From an uncultured Candidatus Saccharibacteria bacterium (lineage in GTDB: Bacteria > Patescibacteriota > Minisyncoccia > Phycocordibacterales > DATGWK01): DNA of 64,000 nt. The notes beneath the pieces were generated by a model. It saw nothing but the letters and a program-made list of their open reading frames with translations, had not been told where the DNA came from and searched no databases. Positions 56,546 through 64,000 of this stretch are shown here, one piece after another (the first letter of the stretch is position 1; each line of letters opens with the position of its first letter). Both the position numbers and the translations under genes were made by a program. The stretch is taken from positions 204,445 to 268,444 of the forward strand of contig CAYRZH010000001.1 of assembly GCA_964428845.1 (NCBI GenBank). The letters run 5' to 3'.

Positions 56546-58606
56546 ATGAATTTAACTAAGTCAACAAGTGCGAAAGTTATCGCTGGTCTTGTTGGTTTGG
56601 CTCTTGCGATAGTTTTTGTTGTAACACCAGTTACTACAAAGGCTCAAACAATTGCTGAACTACAGGCGCAAATCAATGCGCTTCTAGCAACAATCGCATC
56701 ATTACAAGGATCAGTTGGCGGTACAAGTGGCAGCATGTCATATACCTTCAATTCTGATTTAACTGTTGGTAGCACAGGATCTGATGTCGTTGCCCTTCAA
56801 ACTTATTTGGAGGAACGCGCTTTCCTAACCATGCCATCTGGTGTTGCTAAGGGATATTTCGGTCCTCTTACACAGGCAGCTACCAAGTCTTGGCAAGCTA
56901 GCGTAGGACTTCCGTCAACAGGTTACTTTGGCCCTCTTTCGAGAGCTAAAATCAACGCTGTTGCTCCGGTAGTTCCACCGGCAACCAGCGGCTGTCCAGC
57001 AGGCGCAATGTACAATTCAGTAACGGGCGCACCATGTACAACAACCCCAGCTCCAACAGCAGGCTGTCCAACAGGTGCACTCTTCAATTCACAGACAGGC
57101 GCACCATGTACGACAGTTCCACCAACGGGCGCCACTGAAGGTTCAATCACAACAAGATTGGCCGCTACACCTCCAGACAATGCCAACGTTCGCCAAACAA
57201 CGGACGTTCTTGTTTATGGAATCGAGGTGGAAGCTGTAGGTTCAGATATGCTAACTGACCGTGTAGATTTGCAGGTTTCTGTTACGCCAACGGGCGGTTC
57301 AGCTTCAAATCCTGGAATCTTCATCAATAAAATTGCAGCTTGGCAAGGAAGCACGATGTTGAAGTCGTGGCCTATTAGTTCAACAAGTTTCTCTAAGGAT
57401 TCTGCAGATCGTTATCACATAATCCTTAGCGGTCTTGGTGTGAATGTTCCTAGGGGAACAAAGAAGGATATAACCTTCAGTTTCAGTGTTAACGCTCTCA
57501 ACTCTACAGATGCTAACCGCGCTGTTACTGTCCAGGGTTATGCTGGAAACACACAGAACGTTCGTGCAATGGATACCGCTGGATTCGCTTCTTACGCTGA
57601 TATGTCTGGTTCGGCCAATACCCGATCTCACACATTCAAGCCAGCAGGTTCCTCTACACTTACGGTTTCTTTGAACAACACCTTGACACCAAAGGCGGCA
57701 AATCACAAACTAAGTACGACAAACGGAATCACAAAGTTGATTATGCAAGGATTCTCGGCTAAGTCTGAATCTGGTGATTCTAAAATCACTAAGGTTATCG
57801 TAGCTTCAAACGCTACAGCTACAGCCGGTATGCCTTCAACACTTTATCTTTGTGATGGTGCTGATACTGCCTGCGCAAGTCCTCTTGGCAGTGTTACTGC
57901 CGGAAATGCAGATGGAGTTCAGTCACTATTCAGTAGTTTGAGCCTTTCGGTTCCACAGGACACAACTAGGAATTTCTTGATTGCTGCTGATTTCCCAACA
58001 ACAGGTGGAGGTCAACAGGCAAGTACATCCCTTATGACAAACAGCGTCCAGTGGGAACAACCTGATGGTTCAACGTCAAGTACTACCCCTTCAAGTGAAA
58101 TTGCTGGTAATGACCACTATAACGCCGCTGAAGTACCAATCTGGACACTTATCAGTGCTCCAACACCAGTTATTTCAGAGCCTGGTTTTGCTACTGCCGC
58201 TTCAAGCTCGATCTCTGCAACCTTGACGTTTACAGTTAAGGGAGAAGGAGGCGCTTTGACAAAGCCTGTTATTGGAGACTTCGGTCTATGTTTTGCTTCT
58301 AGTACCCAGACTACTTACACCGCTGGTGGTGTAAATTGTATTGGTGCTGGCGCTTCAGGATTCACTTCAGTAATTGAAGGCATCTCTCCATCGGACAGCG
58401 AAGTTGGCGATGGTGGAATGTACACGGTAACTGTTAAAGCAACCTTGAGTACAACCGGTGCAGCAGGGGCAAACGTTCCTCCTGCTTCGGCCAACTACAT
58501 GCTCGTGGCCACATCGACCCGTGCAACAGTTGGAAGCAACAACTTAAGGCAGACTTGGAACGTATCGGATTGGCACACACCATTCGCTTACCTAACAAGA
58601 AACTAA
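56546..58606 (+). CDS. Secreted cell-surface protein: signal peptide, peptidoglycan-binding domain, Cys-containing GCP.GA.(Y/F)NS.TGAPCTT repeats, long Ser/Thr/Gly-rich region
   Basis: GSTGSDVVALQTYLEERAFL...GYFGPLTQAATKSWQASVGLPSTGYFGP matches the PG_binding_1 pattern. Confidence 0.55.
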   Translation: MNLTKSTSAKVIAGLVGLALAIVFVVTPVTTKAQTIAELQAQINALLATIASLQGSVGGTSGSMSYTFNSDLTVGSTGSDVVALQTYLEERAFLTMPSGVAKGYFGPLTQAATKSWQASVGLPSTGYFGPLSRAKINAVAPVVPPATSGCPAGAMYNSVTGAPCTTTPAPTAGCPTGALFNSQTGAPCTTVPPTGATEGSITTRLAATPPDNANVRQTTDVLVYGIEVEAVGSDMLTDRVDLQVSVTPTGGSASNPGIFINKIAAWQGSTMLKSWPISSTSFSKDSADRYHIILSGLGVNVPRGTKKDITFSFSVNALNSTDANRAVTVQGYAGNTQNVRAMDTAGFASYADMSGSANTRSHTFKPAGSSTLTVSLNNTLTPKAANHKLSTTNGITKLIMQGFSAKSESGDSKITKVIVASNATATAGMPSTLYLCDGADTACASPLGSVTAGNADGVQSLFSSLSLSVPQDTTRNFLIAADFPTTGGGQQASTSLMTNSVQWEQPDGSTSSTTPSSEIAGNDHYNAAEVPIWTLISAPTPVISEPGFATAASSSISATLTFTVKGEGGALTKPVIGDFGLCFASSTQTTYTAGGVNCIGAGASGFTSVIEGISPSDSEVGDGGMYTVTVKATLSTTGAAGANVPPASANYMLVATSTRATVGSNNLRQTWNVSDWHTPFAYLTRN

Positions 58607-58654
58607 GCTTCTTGTGGTCTTCTGGTAAACTTAGGTTTATCACTAGATTAGCTT

Positions 58655-58690
58655 AACAAAACCGCCCCCTCGTGGGGCGGTTTTGTTTTG
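58655..58690. terminator. Bidirectional rho-independent terminator AAAACCGCCCC-CTCGT-GGGGCGGTTTT
   Basis: Perfect GC stem flanked by A/T tracts. Confidence 0.7.
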
Positions 58691-59019
58691 TCTGGAAAGT
58701 TCAATCGGAGAGATTTTTGGGCACTTTTTTTGTATAATAGTTGGTATGGAGAAGTATTTTAATAAGACCTTTTTTAAATTCCTAACAACTTTTTTGGTAA
58801 TCCTCTTTTGTAGTCTTATTGTTTTCTATATAGCATCTATGGCTTGACTTCGACATAGGTTTCGTTATAGTTCTATCTGTTGAGGCCGAAGACAATAGGC
58901 AGCTCGAAGGCTTAGTGACAAGACGGAGAATAAGCTAGAGCAGAGGTCCTATCGAGGTTTACCACCCTAGTCTTTTGTGTGGCCTTTATAAAGGTCGTTT
59001 TGTTTATTAGAAAAAAATT

Positions 59020-59508
59020 ATGGCAGTATCAAAATCTAAGAAAAAAGAAGTGCTCGAAAGTTTAAGCCCAGTTCTTAAGAATTCAGAGTCTGTGGTCTTT
59101 ATAAATTTTCATGGCCTTTCTTCTAACGATGCAAATTCATTCAGAAAAGCACTGAAGAATAAAGAAGTTAGACTAACAGTTGCCAAGAAGACCTTGGTGA
59201 AGAAAGCTCTTGAGGAAGCCAAGATCCCCGGCACCATGCCAGAACTCAATGGAGAACTTGCCTTGGCCTACGGCGCTGACGCCATTTTGCCGGCAAGCGA
59301 AGTGTATTCATTCCAAAGGAAACTAGATAATAAGATATCTATTTTGGGGGGAATTTTCGGGGGAAAGTTTGCTGGTAAGGACGAGATGGTGACGATCGCC
59401 CAGATTCCACCACTCCCTGTGCTGTATGGGCAGTTTGTAAATCTTATAAATTCTCCAATTCAAGGGTTTGTGATGGCACTAAGTGAGATAGCTAAAAAGA
59501 AAGCTTAA
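59020..59508 (+). CDS. rplJ: 50S ribosomal protein L10
   Basis: Family-typical length and composition. Upstream 300 nt may be the L10 leader. Confidence 0.85.
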   Translation: MAVSKSKKKEVLESLSPVLKNSESVVFINFHGLSSNDANSFRKALKNKEVRLTVAKKTLVKKALEEAKIPGTMPELNGELALAYGADAILPASEVYSFQRKLDNKISILGGIFGGKFAGKDEMVTIAQIPPLPVLYGQFVNLINSPIQGFVMALSEIAKKKA

Positions 59509-59529
59509 TAATTAACTAAAAGAAAAAAT

Positions 59530-59952
59530 ATGGAAGAAACAAAGGTAACTGATGGTGGAGCTAGCGCAGAAACGGCAGAGACCCCCTCAAAGTTCAAATC
59601 AATAGTCGAAAGCATAGAAAAGATGTCAGTTCTAGACTTACACGAACTCGTCAAGTTTCTAGAGAAGAAATTTGGAGTTTCTGCGGCTGCGGTAGCTGTG
59701 GCTGCCGCACCAGGTGCCGCTGGTGCCCCAGCTGAAGAGAAATCAACATTTAACGTCAATCTAACTGACGGTGGTGCCCAGAAGATTGCTGTTATTAAGG
59801 TTGTCAAAGAGTTGCTTGGTTTGGGCCTTAAGGAAGCAAAAGATCTTGTTGACGCCGCTCCTTCTAAACTTAAGGATGGTATGAAAAAGGAAGAGGCAGA
59901 AGCCCTCAAGAAAAAGATCGAAGAAGCCGGTGGAAAGGTAGAATTGAAGTAA
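59530..59952 (+). CDS. rplL: 50S ribosomal protein L7/L12
   Basis: Ala-rich hinge and [11 protein letters not shown]...KVELK C-terminal domain. Confidence 0.9.
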   Translation: MEETKVTDGGASAETAETPSKFKSIVESIEKMSVLDLHELVKFLEKKFGVSAAAVAVAAAPGAAGAPAEEKSTFNVNLTDGGAQKIAVIKVVKELLGLGLKEAKDLVDAAPSKLKDGMKKEEAEALKKKIEEAGGKVELK

Positions 59953-60015
59953 CAAAAGGTTTCAGAAGGGTGGTCTTCTAAGACGGGTGTTTGTGCTATA
60001 CTGTCGCCAATAATT

Positions 60016-60636
60016 ATGGACATCTTGGAGAAAATCTTTGGAAGTAACGCTAAGGTTAAAATAATGAGGATTTTCTTGTTTAATCCTTCTGTTCCTTATG
60101 ACTTGATGTCCGTTTCCTCGAGAGCCAAGGTTACGAAAGAAACAGCCCGCAAAGAGCTTAAACTTCTACAGGAAATTTGTCTTATTAAACCAAGATCTTT
60201 CTTCAAAGATTTTGTGGTCAAAGATGGGAAGAGGCGCTTGGTAAAGAGGAAAAAAGTTAGGGGGTGGATATTGAATGAAGAATTTTCGTATCTTATCCCT
60301 CTTCAGAATCTTTTAATCCACACCAGTCTTCTTGGGGATAGAGAAATAATCAATAAATTCAGTAAAGTTGGCCGTGTTCGATTGTTGATAATTTCTGGTA
60401 TTTTCATCCAAGAGCGAGAAAGTCGGGTGGATTTGCTCATTGTTGGAGACAGTCTAAAAAAACCCGCCATAGACTCGGTTATTAAACGTATTGAGTCTGA
60501 AGTTGGGAAAGAGCTCGCCTACGCGGCTTTTGAGACCACGGACTTTCAGTATAGGCTCGGCATGTACGACAAGCTCATACGCGATATCCTCGATTATCCT
60601 CATAGAAAAGTCATAAATAAACTAGGTATTGCCTAA
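60016..60636 (+). CDS. Hypothetical protein with N-terminal winged-helix-like region
   Basis: No recognisable catalytic motif. Confidence 0.35.
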   Translation: MDILEKIFGSNAKVKIMRIFLFNPSVPYDLMSVSSRAKVTKETARKELKLLQEICLIKPRSFFKDFVVKDGKRRLVKRKKVRGWILNEEFSYLIPLQNLLIHTSLLGDREIINKFSKVGRVRLLIISGIFIQERESRVDLLIVGDSLKKPAIDSVIKRIESEVGKELAYAAFETTDFQYRLGMYDKLIRDILDYPHRKVINKLGIA

Positions 60637-60766
60637 AACGCGCCATAAACCCGTTATCCACAAGTATTTTTTACTGACTTGGGAGCCTTTTAGGTAGTGA
60701 TATAATAAGTACGTAGGTTATTAATTAATTTATTAGTATTAATGAGCATATTGGCGTGATTGTCAT

Positions 60767-61474
60767 ATGTCTCACCAAACGCGTATGATAGTAGAAACAT
60801 GGGGGAATGTGCTAACTGCTACATTCCAGAATCTTTGGGGGGGTATTGCAAATTTTGTCCCAAACTTGATTATTGCCATCCTTATAGTTGTTGTCGGTTG
60901 GCTAATCGGAGCACTCCTCGGAAGAGTTATTTCTCAAGTTATAAGATCACTTAAGATCGATGAGGCTTTGAGAAAAGCTGGTGTTGAGGACGCTCTTGCT
61001 AAGGGCGGGATGATGCTAAACTCGGGCAATTTTGTCGGAGGACTTGTAAAATGGTTTGTCATTGTTGTATTTCTTGTCGCTGCCTTTGATGTTTTGCAAC
61101 TCACACAGGTGAATGCTTTCCTACAGGAAGTAGTTCTTGGCTACCTACCACGAGTAATAGTTGCCGTATTAGTTCTTCTAGTGGCTGCTGTAATCGGTGA
61201 CATTATGCAGAAAGTTGTCACCACGTCAGCAAAGACTGCAGAAATAAGATCAGCTCGCTTCCTTGGCGTTGTAACAAAGTGGGCAATCTGGATCTTCGCG
61301 ATTCTTGTGGCGATGGTTCACCTCGGAATCGCTTCTGTGTTTATCCAAACACTCTTTACTGGTGTTGTTGTGGCTTTGTCACTTGCACTCGGCCTTGCTT
61401 TTGGACTTGGAGGACAGGATTCAGCTTCAAGGTTTCTTGAAAAAGTTAAACACGACATTTCTCACAAAGAATAG
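60767..61474 (+). CDS. Polytopic membrane protein (MscS-TM-like / CPR-conserved hypothetical)
   Basis: Six hydrophobic helices; terminator AAAACCCCG-TTTCTTA-CGGGGTTTTTT at 61497-61530. Confidence 0.45.
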   Translation: MSHQTRMIVETWGNVLTATFQNLWGGIANFVPNLIIAILIVVVGWLIGALLGRVISQVIRSLKIDEALRKAGVEDALAKGGMMLNSGNFVGGLVKWFVIVVFLVAAFDVLQLTQVNAFLQEVVLGYLPRVIVAVLVLLVAAVIGDIMQKVVTTSAKTAEIRSARFLGVVTKWAIWIFAILVAMVHLGIASVFIQTLFTGVVVALSLALGLAFGLGGQDSASRFLEKVKHDISHKE

Positions 61475-62004
61475 TAGTTTTTAAAGTTTTCGATCAAAAA
61501 ACCCCGTTTCTTACGGGGTTTTTTGATTTATTAGATGTTTACCCTCCAAAATTTGACAGTTAAAATACAATGGCTATACTATCCCTACAGCTTTATGAGT
61601 AATTACTTCAGAACTTTAACAAAGCGGAAAAGATAACGCGTGTCATTTTGTTGTTATCTTCGGCCGCTTCGAGCGGTTTTTTTGTTTCTTGTCGTCGTGA
61701 GAGTTGAGGTTTGCGAGACCCCTGGTACACTCGCGGTCTGAAAGCTTACGACGGTACGAAACGGTTTCCACGATTGAACTGATTGAATTTTGAAAATTGA
61801 ATTCTGTCGCACATCTTGTTTTCTGAGGTCTTATAGATGTGCAGACAGACGCTCCGGCATGAGTAATGCTGGAGCATGCCGAGCTATCCGCGAGCAAGCG
61901 GGTGGTTCGGCAACAGGTGAAAAATAAGTATCGTGTTGTGTCGGGTTGATAAAAATGATTCTACACAACAGGTTACAATGGAAAATTGTGGTTTTTACAT
62001 TTCC

Positions 62005-64000
<1,996 letters not shown>

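Overview
The window reads as a low-GC (~35-42% by eye) CPR/Patescibacteria-like chromosome segment, punctuated by at least eight short G+C-rich patches (~55-62% by eye) that look foreign.

Housekeeping content:
- Translation genes: rplS, rplK, rplJ, rplL, rpsF, rpsR, nusG, secE, efp, argS, ileS, glyQS and metG.
- A thymidylate-synthesis supercluster: dCMP deaminase, two HIT genes, folA, thyA, glyA, dut.
- Other housekeeping: recA, ssb, recO, ftsK, nrdJ with cobA, tatD, and a copper island (csoR-copA-YHS-DUF305-HMA permease-cupredoxin).
- RNA genes: tRNA-Val, tRNA-Leu, tRNA-His and a partial 23S rRNA carrying a ~330-nt helix-45-type intervening sequence.

The G+C-rich patches are: 1-1750, 4160-5560, 8500-9130, 18840-19700, 22150-22960, 27650-28235, and two inside 41230-44400.

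The main finding is that most of these patches are self-contained 'promoter, structured leader, gene, GC-clamp terminator' cassettes.
- Four cassettes encode members of one uncharacterized paralogous protein family: P1 893-1495, P2 4752-5399, P3 41367-42071 and P4 42991-43698.
- They sit next to tRNA or aminoacyl-tRNA synthetase genes (tRNA-Val, tRNA-His, glyQS).
- Partial copies of the tRNA-Val 3' end resemble att sites.
- P3 and P4 occupy an exact 1.6-kb tandem duplication whose flanks are 100% identical (~715 bp, carrying a prepilin-like gene and the 5' end of the M16 peptidase gene), while the central ORF is replaced by a very divergent family member.

Other notable items:
- ileS carries an in-frame ~200-aa histidine-phosphatase (phosphoglycerate-mutase-like) domain.
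- A GC-rich HIT xenolog sits next to a native HIT gene.
- Two tandem mini-modules encode Arg-rich small ORFs with a KVP(K/R)RR motif.
- 132-bp direct repeats flank an NlpC/P60 plus lipoprotein pair.
- A free-standing LAGLIDADG endonuclease sits next to two tRNAs.
- A Cys-type sulfatase has no recognisable maturase nearby.

No integrase, transposase, reverse transcriptase or CRISPR array was seen. Nothing here comes from a database search, and all GC values are visual estimates.
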